Source of the DNA: Callorhinchus milii
Taxonomy: Eukaryota
Assembly: GCF_018977255.1 (NCBI RefSeq)
Contig: NW_024704743.1
Location: forward strand, 62,746,001 to 62,810,000
Reading direction: 5' to 3'
DNA: 64,000 nt
The translations under genes were made by a program, and so were the position numbers. The notes beneath the pieces were generated by a model. That model worked only from the letters and a program-made list of their open reading frames with translations, ran no database searches and had not been told where the DNA came from. Shown one piece after another: positions 41,488 to 53,638 of this stretch. The first letter of the stretch is position 1. Each line of letters starts with the position of its first letter.

Positions 41488-42265
41488 CAACAACAACATT
41501 ACATGTGCACAGTGACTTTCATGTTGGTAGAATGTCCCAAGGCGCTGGTCAATCGGTGTTTCGGACCTGAGCTGGGGGTTGGGATCGGGGAAGGTGGAGG
41601 GTAGGGCGGAAGAAGAAGGGTGACCGAAGGCACGTTCGAAGAGGAGGGTCTTGAAGGAAGCTTGAGGTGAGAGGAGAGGCAGTGGAGGAGGATAGAGTGG
41701 TCAACGGTATCGAAGGCAGCAGAGATTTCAAGGAGGACGAGGAGGCAGAGGGAGCCCTGATTTGTCACTTTGACCAGAGCAGTTTCTGTGCTGTGGGTGG
41801 CACAGAAATGAGATTGGTTCGAGGGGTTGTAAAAGGGAGTGGTAGGAGAGGAAGAAGTGAAGCTCGGAAGCAACGACTCGTTCCAGGGTGTTGGAAATAG
41901 GGTGGTAATTTGAGAGCAGGGATAGGTCCAGGAAGGTTTTTTTTAAAGGATAGGAGTGATAATGGCCGTTTTTTTAACGGGTGGGAACGGTGCCAGTGGA
42001 CAGGGAGAGGTTTATGACAGCTGAGTAGGGGGGCAAGGAGGTGGAGCTTGGAGGCAAGGAGAGTGGTAGGGATGCGGTCAAGGGAGCAGGTGGTCAATTT
42101 CACGTGGGTTATAGTGGTGGTGAGAGAGGAGGGGAGACAAGTGTAGAGGGAGGGATGGGTAGGGGCCGGGGTGTGAGGGGGAGATGAGGATGGGGTAGTA
42201 GTTGGAAGGGCAGAGGCAGCTGAGCGGATCCCCTCGACTTTGGTTTTGAGGAAGTCCAGCATCTG
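41488..42265 (-). mobile_element. L2 fragment with large internal deletion and intact tail
   Basis: [25 protein letters not shown] joined directly to the 3' UTR and (TTG)n tail. Confidence 0.85.
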
Positions 42266-45200
42266 ACAAATTAAACTTATCTGACACATTAATGCTGTTG
42301 TTTTAATTACTTTACTATTGCTTATTGTATCCCACTGGGATCAACAAGATCAAACTCTTTTACTGAGACAGCTATGTCTCTGTAATTACACAGATCAACC
42401 GCTAATTGCAGGGCTGTAAACAAAACCTGGTGTGCTGGTGCTCTGTGCCACTCAAGGATAGGATATGGATTATTGGCTGCCATTTCCGCAAATAAGTTCC
42501 AGAACTCAGCTGGGTGGTCCGCAAGCAGAGATTGAACAATCACAACAGACTGCGTAAAATGAAGGAGAAAAAAGACAGCAATGCTGAAAAAAAAATGCAG
42601 TAATATTCTGACTTCTATCTCAATGGATTCAAGATCGCCTCTAGACATCAAAACCTTCTGTAAACATGCTGATTCCAAATTCAAAGTATTTTCTTCCTCT
42701 AGGATAAAATACTTTTTTTTAAGTAGTTACTAAAAAAAACATGGCATTTGGAATTGTACTGTAGAATGTAAACAATAGGTCAGTATGAAAAGATAAGCTA
42801 AAACCAGTTTGCATTTAATAAGAATGGCCAGAGTAGGCCCTACAGTCAGGAACAAACTGATCACATATTTAATCTTTGTTTTGAGGAGAAGGAAATCAGC
42901 CACAGAATTTGCTTCCATTAGGGTTGAATCCATTGGAATTGGGTAGCTATTGTACTCCCAAACTGACTGTGCCTGCAGATATGAAGCTATTGCGCGAATA
43001 AAGTAAAATGCAAAACACGCTGCAACTAATTGTTTTGTTATCATTCTTCTGCAGATCCTGGACATCATAATAGGATCCAAATGGCAAGGATTAATGCAAG
43101 TGGGCATTCAGGTATTACTTTGACTTTATTATGTTACAATGCATTGACATTTCTCAACTTTCAAGCAGCCTGAGGGTATTCTCTGGTTTAAATTGTACAG
43201 GATATAATCCAGTCCATTTTATGTAAACAGAGCTCTTTATACTCCAGGTGAAGAAGGTTTTCCATCGAACATCAGTGTGTAACAATATAAATTCCTCCAC
43301 ATTGTGTTGGATTCAATGGTTAGATATCCTGTGCATTATCACTGAACAATGGCAGATTGAACTGAGGTTTAATATTTTTTTCAAAAGAATTCTACTAACT
43401 AGAGAATGGCTAGACTAGTTTTCATAATTTTCACCTTCAATTGTGAAATGCTTTGATACAAACTGAAATAAAAGATGGGCTCAATTAGGGTAAAGTAGGG
43501 GAAATTCCCATTGGAAATAAGTCTTCAGAGCTTGCTGAAGGTAGTTGTGGAAAGTTTGGGGGTGGTGGAGAACAGATAATAAGGTTTTATTATAGTATAT
43601 GAAAAAAAAACATCCTTAAATGCTCTGAGTCATTACTCGCATGAAGAGCGGGAGTTATTGTTGTATATCCTATGAAGTACATCGGGATGTCCTCCTGACA
43701 TGAAAGGCACTATACCAATGCAAGGATTATGTCTCATTCCCAGCTCAATGGTGACTTTAGCATTGAGAGTTTACTAGTAAAGAGCCATCCCTCAATAATT
43801 TTACTGTAAGCATGAGCAATATTTCAATTGAACAGTCTAAACATTGCATTAAAAACTTATCCCAATGTATCATGGAAAGAAAATAATAATTATATCTTTT
43901 CCGAATGGTGCACTTTAAAAATATAGCAAAATAGCCCCCCCACTTCCCACTGTGGATCTACGTACAGACTCAGAGCAACTCCCAACATCACAACTTATGT
44001 TCCAGTTAGTATGCTGACCAACATTTTTTATTTTCCATAAAAGCAACATCGCATTTATACTGTGCCTCATGCATAGTTGAACCTCTTAGGACTATAATAA
44101 TATTTGATTTATCAAGCATTTGATATATCAAGTCTTCGAGACATCTCAAAGTGCTTCACAGAATATACTGTAAAGTGAATTGACTGTATTTTGTGGGCGA
44201 AATGCAGCAGCCAATTGCACACAGCAATACATGCATTAACCTGACATGCATTTTTTTTTAAATGACAACTTAAAAACTTGGAATGAAGGAAGGAGTAAGT
44301 TCTTGTTGAAGTTCTGGAATGGCTGGCATATCAGTACACTTGTAACTCAGTGGTTAGAGTACTTGCCTCACAAAAAAAATAAATTGGTTACTTGAATCCA
44401 TGACTGTTTGTGGAACACTGCTGTGCGCAATTGGCTGTCACGTTTTGCCCACAAAATACAGTCAATTCACTTTACAGTATATTCTGTGAAGTGCTTTGAG
44501 ATTTCTCGAAGACGTGATAAGGCACTGTATCAAATGCAAGGATTACTATTATTATTATACTTCATTTTATTTATTATCATTAGTTTGTTCAGGCGGATTA
44601 CTACCCACATCAAGTAACAATGAATGAAAAAAGCAGGGAGCCAAGAGACAATAGCAAAATATTTCTGATGGTAAAGATCAAAAAAAAATGAAATTAGCAA
44701 TAAAAGATAAATTAGAAAACTCACATACATTTTATAATGCAACATCAGTATTTTTATACATACATTTTATAATGCAATTACAGTATTTTTGCAGTCCTAA
44801 GTGACTTTTTATGCATTTGTACATGAGGAGACATTCGCTAATGATATTAATTAAGGATATTATAATTTCTGATGTCAAAAGAGTGATAAAGATTTATGTT
44901 ATGTCAGGCAAACAGTGGATTGGATACATGACAGTATTGACTACATATATTATATATATATATATAGTATATCCGAAACACTGAATGTCCAGAGTGCCAA
45001 TGGATCTGCCAAAAATTTCAGTTGGCATGATGGATCAGGGTGCAGTCAAAAATGCACAACAGCCATGTGTGCAGATTATTGAGTGACAAAGTGCCAGATG
45101 TAGCTGTTGAAAAAAATAATGTATTTATTTAACCTACAGGCAAAATGAAATTTATAACATTTTCGAAGGGATGTGTAGCAAGGCAAATACTGAACCCCAA

Positions 45201-46063
45201 GTGCTACAAATAGGGCTACTTTGAGAATGCACAATTTTGAACATGCCACAGATTCAGTTTTGTCCCACTCTCCCATTCTCACCAGTATCCATTCTCAGAG
45301 AAAAGGGTCAAATAGAGCCAGGGGCAGGGGGGAGGGTTCATTGTTGAAGGTGCCGTTTTTCGGATACGATTCTAAATCAAGGTCCCTTCCGCCTGTTCAG
45401 ATGGACTTTAAAATACCAATGGCAATATTTGAAAAGAGAAGAGTTACTCATTGTGTCCTGGCCATCAATCCCCCCAAATAATATTGGTCATTCACTCTAT
45501 GTCCATTTGTGCATTTGTGGGATATTGCTGTGCACGACTGGCTGCGCCTTCACCCACAAAATACAGTCACTCCACTTTACAGTATATCATGTGAAGCACT
45601 TTGAGACATTGACAACATGATAAAGCATTATATCAAGTGCAAATATTATTATTATTCCATTTCGCAAATTGGTATCTCAGTTGCCTGCTTCCAAAATACA
45701 GTCATGGCAATTTACAGGAAATCTTGTGAAGCATTTTGAGATGTCATCCCAACATGAAAGGCTCTTTGTCAAATGCAAGGATTTTTTTTACATGGAGGGA
45801 GCGCATTCAAAAAATATGCAAAATTCAGAATTTGTTGTAACTTTCTGGTGGCGAGTTCCAGAACAGCATTGAAGGAGAACTGCGAATAGGTGACATGAGC
45901 ATCTCTCCTAAATAAATAAAATTAGGGAAAGAGGAAATAAAAAATAATTTCAAAGGAACAGCAAGTCTCAAGGGTGGAAAGAAATATGCCAATTTAAATA
46001 ATTTCCTTCCTTTGTCCATTTATCATCAAACAAAATATTTTACTTTGCAGAGAATATTGTAAG

Positions 46064-46318
46064 TGGAGTCCTGTAGCTCAGTGGTTAGAGCACTCGCTTT
46101 GCAAGTGAGAGACCTGAGTTTAATTCCAGGGAGAGCGAAACCTTGGGCAAGTTTCCTTACTCCACACACCTAATAATAATAATAATAATAATCCCTCCAA
46201 AACCAAAAACAATAATAAAATTGGTCACTTTTTTATTATTGTTTTTGGTTTTGGAGGTTTTGGTTTTGGCTGCCACGTTCGCCCACAAATATACAGTCAA
46301 TTCTCTTTACAGTGTGTT
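46064..46318 (+). mobile_element. Young SINE, short form, with internal fold-back
   Basis: Family head and body; palindrome at 46194-46257. Confidence 0.9.
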
Positions 46319-46429
46319 CCGTTTATTCCAATGAGGTCATGAATATTATGCTTTATTATACAATAGCATAAAAAGTTAACTTTAAGCATTTTTAAACAAT
46401 ATAAACAAAATAAAATAGGCCCTGGAACA

Positions 46430-47830
46430 AGTCATTGCGTCATAGCTTCACTCTTTCCTCTCCTGCTATTCCTTCTATGAACCCCTTCAATCAGGTTTCC
46501 GTGATGCCAACAGCGCAGGAAGCAACACTGGTCAAAGTCACGAATGACATTCAGTCCACCTACATCCAGGGCTCTTTCTGCCTTCTTGTCTTCCTCGACC
46601 TCTCTGCTGCCTTCGACGATTCTATCCTCCTCTTCCACCGACTCTCCTCTCAGCTCAACCTTCCCTTGTCTGGTTCAAAACCTACCTCTCCCACCGTCGC
46701 CACTAATGGCTTCTCCTCCAGCCCCTGCGCCGTCATGTGTGGCATCTCTCAGGGCTCTATCCTTGGTCCCCTCCTTTTCAACATTTACATGGTCTCTCTT
46801 GGTGAAATCATCCATAGACATGGGGTCAACTCCCATATGTATGCGGATGACACCCAATTCTACCTTTCAACCTCCACCCTCGACTCCAGGACCACTGCTG
46901 TACTCTAACTGTCTGTCAGACATCAAGTCCTGGATGAGAGCAAACTTCCTCCAGTTGAATATCAACAAGGTTGAGACCCTCCTGCTTGGCTCCCATCAGT
47001 GCCTCCATACCTTGGGCCCTGACAACACCATCCTTCATGGATGCACTCTACACCTCACGGAGCCAATACGTAGCCTCAGCGTATTGTTGTACACTCAAGT
47101 ATCCTTCATCCCCCACATCCATGATGTGACCCACTCTCCATTTCCCCACCTCCACAACATTGCCTAGCTCCGCCACCATCTCTCACTGCAGGCCGCTGAG
47201 ACCCTCATCCATGCATTCATCACATCCAGGCTCGACTACACAAACTCCTTACTTGTCAAGTCCTGTAGCTCAGTGGTTAGTGGTTAGCTCACCTCCCGAC
47301 GTGAAAGGCACTCTATAAATGAAAGCTTGTTGTTGTTGTTAGAGCACTCGCCTTGCAAGCGAGACACCTGGGTTCAATTCCAGGCAGAGCAAAACCTTGG
47401 GCAAGTTTCCTTACTCCACACGCCTAATAATAATCCCTCCAAAACAAAAAAAATAATAAATTGGTCATTTTTAATCCATGACTGTTTGTGGGACACTGCT
47501 GTGCGCAATTGGCTGCTGCGTTTCGCCCGCAAATATATGGTCTATCCTGTGAAGCGCTTTGAGACATTGAGAAGTCGTGAAAAGAGCTATATCAAATGCA
47601 AGGATTATTATTGTCAGCCTCCCCAACTCCTTCCTCCACCAACTGCAGATCATCCAGACCTCTGCAGCCTGATCCTCTCCTGCATCAGGCTCCGTGACCC
47701 TATCTCCCCCATCCTCACCCGCCTCCACTGGCTCCCCATCACTCAGAGGATTCAGTTCAAGATCTTGGTCCTCAACTTCAAGCCCTCCATGGCCTTGCTC
47801 CTCCCTACCTCTGTGATCTCCTAAGCACCT
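46430..47830 (+). mobile_element. L2 RT fragment interrupted by a SINE
   Basis: GISQGSILGPLLFNIY and HMYADDTQFY motifs; resumes after 47610. Confidence 0.92.
47259..47610 (+). mobile_element. Young SINE, short form, nested in L2 (TSD TTGTCA)
   Basis: TTGTCA on both sides; head itself interrupted by a short L2 tail. Confidence 0.88.
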
Positions 47831-48329
47831 GCTGACAATTTGTATCAATTTGATATAAAAATAAAACTGAATTTGAGACTAAATTATCCATCCATGTCTG
47901 ACAGATAGATCTTTCAGACAGGACAGTTTGATCATTAATCTAAGACTGGATACAGATAACCTAGGATTAAAAACTTTACAATCAATAATCATCTTGTATT
48001 AATGCTTGCATATGTCAGAGACATGGATCACATTGACAGCTACTGCAAGTGCAAAACAGAGTAACACTCCATAACAAATCAAAACATTATGGATTATAAA
48101 TAGCAGAAGCGACTGAATAGCTATAATCTAAACTTAAAAGTGCAACAGTTTATCACATTTTGCCGAGTTATCCAAAATGTTCCATTAGTACTGTCTTGAA
48201 TTTATCCACAGGTAACTATAATCTTTGATTCATGGCTGACAGACACCCTTTTCATTCTCTTCTACTAAAAATGTAAGAGTAGTTCTGAAGCACAACCTCA
48301 AAAATGTTTGTATCACTTTTTTTTCCTGA

Positions 48330-48817
48330 GCTGGCCATCTGACACATGCGGAAACCCATCACCTTGCTTAAGACTATCCAAACCAGACAGTTCTATGTTC
48401 GTTTTCTACACGTCGAAATTTCAGTATCTAGAATGGAATGCAAACTCTCTCCCCAAAGAGGTGCCTCTTGTTTTCCTAATTCCAGAGATTATTTGACGCA
48501 GGTTGGAAGAGCCAAGGCTTACAGACCTCTAGTGCATTGAAAGCACTGTCTGGCAAGTTTCCCGCTGCCTGTCCTGCTGGGTCAATCCTACCCATTAGGA
48601 CTTTGTCTTGCAAGGATAACAGGAGCGGAGTGGGAAGAATTTCTACCCCTAGTTACTGGTCTATAATTTCCAAGTCCTGCTGATGAGCTTTGCCTATCTT
48701 CAGTAGTGCCCTTAAAATGTGGACCCACCTGGCTCAGGAACCAGACCATCAGAGACGCAGAGAGGAATGATTTGTTTCTGACATTCTGTCACCAAGCACA
48801 TAGCTCTGAGCCGATTC
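48330..48817 (-). repeat. Unclassified repeat family U, reverse copy
   Basis: Reverse complement of CTTAAGCAnGGTGATGnGTTTCCGCATGnGTCAGA, AAGCCTTGGCTCTT and TTGCCAGACAGTGCT blocks. Confidence 0.68.
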
Positions 48818-49140
48818 AACAACAACAACAACAAGATTCCATTTATAGAGCGCCTTTCACGTCAGGAGGACGTCCCAAGGCGCTGGACAGTTGGGTCAGG
48901 ACCCGAGCCATGGGGGGAAATGGTTAGGGGAAGGGAGGGAGCGAGGAGGGGGTAGAGAGTCGAGAGGGGAGCTGAAGGCACAGTCGAAGAGAAAGGTCTT
49001 GAGACCGGCCTTGAAGGAGGAAAGGGAGGAGGCGGCGAAGGCATTGGAGGATGGAGTTCCAGAGCCTCAGGGCTGAGAGGCTGAAGGCCCGACCACCGAT
49101 GGTAGGGCCTTCAGCCTCTCAGCCCCTAGGCTCTGGAACT
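48818..49140 (-). mobile_element. 5'-truncated L2 ending in a fold-back hairpin
   Basis: (TTG)n tail at 48818, L2 3' region, inverted copy at 49100-49140. Confidence 0.9.
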
Positions 49141-50246
49141 ACAAGACCACCCCACTTCGCCCCCCATGGAAGACAGTTACTAAATCGCCATTTTAAATTA
49201 CTATTGGCCCTCGGTGGACTATGTAACCAACCTTTAGTGCCACAACAGCAATAATTTGGGATTGGAATTTACTTCACAGGTCCCTCAATACTTCAACACA
49301 TCTTTCCTGTCAGTAAGGATCGTTAAACCCAAGTCTTGGAGCTGTGGGTGCACCTTTTCAGTTGAGGATTTGAAAAATGATGCTAATAATAATTATGCTG
49401 AACATAATGTGGTCAATTTGGACAAATGTGCAGTTTTGTTTCAAAAGAAAAACATTGCTGTTTGGAACCATAGAAATTGACAGCAAAGAAGACTCAGTAA
49501 TTGTCTGTGCTTTTTTTTTTTGAAAGAGCAATCCATTCAGCCCCATCTCAAGATGGGTGATGTATTGTCGAGAGGTACCCGACTTTGGATGAGACGGGTC
49601 CTGTTCTGGAAGGAAGTTTCTCTCCCAGTGATCCATCCAACACTCTCCCCCCCCCACCCCCACCCCTCCCCCCAGACAAGAACTGGGCACTCACTCACTC
49701 ACTCACTCTCCAGCTGCTGGAAGGCCATTTGCTGTGGTTCTGCTCCGAACAACATCGAAGAGTCAGTACACTTTGAAGGAAACTTCTTTGAAAAGCGAGA
49801 GGCAAAAGACGTTTGGGGGCCGCCTCGACGCAGGTCCTTCCACACCACGTCACTTAAACCGCGGCAGTTAGTTTTCTTTCCATAACTCCCGACCTTCACC
49901 GGCGGTGTCCCACACCGAGGGGTGTGTATGGCGTTCACGCAATTCCCTCCCTCCCCCCCTCCCCTCCCCTCCCCGCCGCCACGGGGCGGTTTTAGTGCAA
50001 CGGTAACGAGTGGCGAACCTTTGACAACAACAACAAACTGCATGTGGGAAGGAAGCCCTTCACGCCGGGAGGACAGCCAGTGGGGAGAGGGAGGGAGGGA
50101 GAGGGAGGGAGGGAGGAGGGCGGGTGTGAGAGACTATTCAGCCCCACAGCTGAACATGAATCGTGCAGCTCCGGTTCCCTTCGCGCTCTCTCGGTCCCAA
50201 TGTGACACTCGTTACTGATACCGATCAGCGAAGATTATCAACTCAC

Positions 50247-50330
50247 CCACAGAGCACCTCCTTCGCTCACTCACTCACTCACTCCCGTCCCGTCCACAGG
50301 CCTCGTAACGGCTCTTCAGACCCCGCCCCC
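50247..50330 (-). other. INVS: Putative non-coding exon 1 of INVS (5' boundary uncertain)
   Basis: Donor TGG|gtgagt at 50247/50246 inside the CpG island, pointing away from the + strand gene. Has an in-frame TGA upstream of the exon 2 ATG. A non-coding first exon matches the mammalian gene structure. Confidence 0.55.
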
Positions 50331-50340
50331 CTCGCGCGCC

Positions 50341-50359
50341 GCATTCCAGCGTTTGTAGT
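50341..50359 (-). promoter_or_regulatory. ACTACA-type ZNF143/THAP11 (SBS)-like motif
   Basis: Reverse complement ACTACAAACGCTGGAATGC versus consensus ACTACAnnTCCCAGnATGC; the core is degenerate. Confidence 0.45.
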
Positions 50360-50456
50360 CTCTCGCGCTGCCAACGGCTCGCGGCCCGCGCGGTGCACTC
50401 CGGTCATAGGAGTTCTGGCGCTCTTCCCGACGGCCGGTCGCCACGCCGGCGGGGGA

Positions 50457-50480
50457 ACTACACTACCCGGCGTTCCGCGG
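50457..50480 (+). promoter_or_regulatory. ACTACA-type ZNF143/THAP11 (SBS)-like motif
   Basis: ACTACACTACCCGGCGTTCCGCGG: ACTACA, 2 nt, then an SBS-like core ending in CGCGG. Confidence 0.55.
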
Positions 50481-50710
50481 CGCGCTGCCCCCCCCCCCCC
50501 CGCCGGATGTGCCTGCGCGCGACGCGCTCGAGCAGAGGCTGTCCTTGCGCCGGGTCGTGGAGCGGTTGCTGTGCAGCGAGCGCCCGGTTGCGGAGCGAGC
50601 GGAGGGTCGGTCGGTCGGTGTTGGGGCTGAGGGAGCGAGCGAGCGAGCGGGAGGACGTTTTCGGGCAGAGTGTCACCGAGGGCGGAGTGCGGCCACCAGG
50701 CTCCAATACC

Positions 50711-50770
50711 ATGACAGTTACAGCGCGGCTTCTTCGCTCTGGCTTTATACGTTACCTCCTCGTCCTGGTG
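50711..50770 (+). CDS. ERP44: First coding exon, signal-peptide-like; probable ER resident protein 44
   Basis: ACC ATG context; MTVTARLLRSGFIRYLLVLV (basic then hydrophobic); phase-0 donor GTG|gtgagt. The name rests on ERP44 being head-to-head with INVS in other vertebrates and having a ~19-codon phase-0 first exon, not on conserved sequence in this window. Confidence 0.72.
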
Positions 50771-51107
50771 GTGAGTTTCCCCCTCCGTTTCCCCCTCTCC
50801 CCCCCAGTCATTTTCGCTTCGTGTTTGCCGTGCGGGCGGGCGGGGGGGGCCGCGGCCTAGTGCCGGGTACCCTGCGGGGAGAGGGAGAGGCCCAGCTCGC
50901 CGCTCACAGCCTGGGCGGCAGAGGGGGAAGGACTGACTGACTGACTATTATGTTCACCACCGGAGCCCCGGCGTTAGGCCGGGAAAGCCATTTGCGGTGT
51001 CCAGGGCCTCCTCTCAGCTGCCCTTCACCGGGTCGGGGCTCTTAACCTCCCTCTCACCCCCCCCCCCCCCCCCGGCTCTGCTTCAGCCTCGGGGACCTGC
51101 ACCGGGC

Positions 51108-51130
51108 CTGTGTGTGTGTGTGTGTGTGTG
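51108..51130. repeat. (TG)n microsatellite
   Basis: Directly visible dinucleotide run. Confidence 0.9.
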
Positions 51131-52649
51131 GGGGGGGAGGAGAGAACCCCCTGATTTTCCTGCAGCCACTTCACTACCAGCAGCCAAATGGGTTCCAGGC
51201 ATTTCATTCACCCAACAATAACACATCGCAATTTCAAAAACGGTTAATTAAACTGGAGCCTTTTTTCTTTTTTTTTAAAAAAAACAATGCACCACATGAG
51301 TCGAGATTTTTGCGCCGAGAGAGTTAAGAGCACTGCATTGCGGAGGAGGAATCGGCCACCGGGTTTTAGGGCTGATTTACCGCCTGGAAATAGGGTGATG
51401 ATGTTTTAGCAAATCGAAAGGGGTTGAATTATTTTATGATCTCTTGAGCACTAACACCCGGAACTGATGGATTGAGCCTTTTTGAGTTTCCGCATTTGAG
51501 GGCCGCACTTAAGTGTGTTGTCTGTTCCTCATAGGTTGGCAGCATCGCCCTAAGGCACCCGGAAACTGAAGTGTATGTTAGATATATACACATACATATA
51601 TATATATATGTATATATATGTGTGTGTATATAGCAGTGTGAAACCAAGGTGGATTTCAATTGTATTCTGAATTTTATATAAAATAAATCTGATCAGTGAC
51701 TTCCAAGAAATAAATTGTTAGGTTCTTTATCATTCTTAATCTTTTCAGAAGTGGAAATGTGTTCGGAATACAATATTTTGTCAAACATAATTGTGAAGAA
51801 GCTTAAGAGTCTTTTAAGTCGTTTTTTTTAATATACTTTTCAAAATTTAAAACTGCATACCTGTACCCTCAAATCATGCGTTGGTGATGTTCAGCTGTTT
51901 TTCAGACTTCATGAAAGCAGCCTTAATATTTTAAGAAAAATGCTCACACTCTGGGTTTGGGACAGAAAATGTTAAAGTCTAAGATATTCTGACTAAATCG
52001 TATGTTGAACAGTGAAGATCCTGTTTGATAAATTGTCAATCATGACATGTCATAAATTAGGAGGCTAAGTACTGTAGCTTGTGTGTGAATGCAGGATATG
52101 GAAGTTAAAGTGTGCTTAATTCAGGCAATAGTGAAACACATTAATCTTTTGTGTGCATTTGGTAGCGCAGTATGCTGAGCACACCATGATTAAGTAATAG
52201 ATATGTTTGTGTCACATAAAACATGTAACTCTGTTCATGTAATTTTAAAACTTTGGGAACCCAATAGGATTTGTGATCGAAAAATAAATGCAGGCACTTA
52301 TTTGAGCTTCTCCAAGTAAACAAGAGCAACAAACTGCATTAACACAAGTTATCAAAGTAACAGAAGAAATCAGAGGCAGACTGAGTAGGATTGAAACAAT
52401 TTTATACAAAGAAAAGATATGCATTGGAATGAGTAACTTTGTATGAAAACCTTTGTGTGTGTATGTGTGTGTGTATATACACTGAAATACTTTTATCCAT
52501 TTCTCACAACACATTTCTCACTTGTAATGGTTCTGCACTTCCACAGGACTAGCCATTGGACTGCATAGGTTCTCTACATTGCAATGTTACTACGATGCTT
52601 GTCAAAGTGAACTTCAAAAAGTTATATGTAGAAAATGCTCTAGCATTCT

Positions 52650-53050
52650 CAGTAGCATTGGTAGTATTCTCGCCTATGAATCAGACGTTTGTGGGTTCAA
52701 GCCCCAAAGGGGATTTGAGCTCATGGCCTAGACTGACATCCAGTCACTATTTGGGGAGCCCTGCATTGATGGAGGAGCTATCCTTCAAGTGAGACATTAA
52801 AACCTAGGTCTGCCTATTTAGGTAAGCATTAAAAATCCCATGGCACTATTAGGAAAGAGCTGGGAATTTATTCTGATTTTCTGGCCAGCAATCTCCTAGA
52901 TTAAATTGGTCATTCACTTAATAGCTGTTCATGGGACGTTAGCTGCTGTGTTTTCCAACAAATGTCACTGCACTTTACAGTAAGTCTTGTGAAGCACTTT
53001 GAGAAGTCTCAACAATGCACTATCAATTGCAGGGATTTGTATTTATTATT
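52650..53050 (+). mobile_element. Old Deu-domain SINE
   Basis: GTGGGTTCAAGCCCC B box and TTAAAAATCCCATGGCACTATT block. Confidence 0.75.
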
Positions 53051-53345
53051 TATAATCTTTGATGCATCTGTTCTTCTGAAGTGTTCAATTTTATGGCACT
53101 CCCTATCTATTGGATTGTGTTCAGATTTTAATTAGACTTAAAAAAATGAATTTCGCCGATCAAACAACTGACCTGAAATCTCAGTTGGCTGCCTTTCCTT
53201 CCAGCTGAAAAGGCACATGCTGTGAATATCCTGGATTTGATGTAACTCAAATTAATAAGTAATGCTGTTTTCTCTGGATTATATTTGAAAGCTAGTGGTG
53301 CCTATATTAGGAAACTATTGTTTTAATTGTTGGACCAGTTGATAA

Positions 53346-53638
53346 TGTAGCTCAGTGGTTAGAGCCATCGCCTCTCAAGCAAGAGACCTGGGTTATATTC
53401 CCGGCGAAACCTTGGGCAAGTTTCCTTACTCCGCACGCCTAATAATAATCCTTCAAGAAAAAAAACAATAATAAATTGGTCACTTCAATCCACGACTGTC
53501 TGTGGGACACTGGTCTGCGCAATTTGGCTGCCACATTTCGCCCTCAAAATACAGTCCATTCACTTTACAGTATTTTCTGTGAAGCACTTTGAGGCATCTA
53601 GAAGACGTGCTATATCAAATGCAAGGATTATTATAATA
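53346..53638 (+). mobile_element. Young SINE, short form
   Basis: Family match. Confidence 0.9.

Larger units (their letters stand above)
49780..51400. promoter_or_regulatory. CpG island / bidirectional promoter
   Basis: Abrupt GC- and CpG-rich segment in otherwise CpG-poor DNA. Contains both first exons, a GC box at 50321-50330 and ETS-like CCGGATGT near 50503. Confidence 0.9.

Noticed and set aside
48670..48710. Hammerhead ribozyme core (CTGATGAG) in repeat family U
   Set aside because: No GAAA after a stem II; other copies read CCGATGAG, so this is CpG decay.
50427..50445. ERSE (CCAAT-N9-CCACG)
   Set aside because: Spacing and CCACG fit, but the first half is CCGAC rather than CCAAT.
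49520..51330. Many overlapping 100-155 aa ORFs
   Set aside because: Expected in GC-rich CpG-island DNA and low in complexity. Only the 50711-50770 exon has start and splice support.
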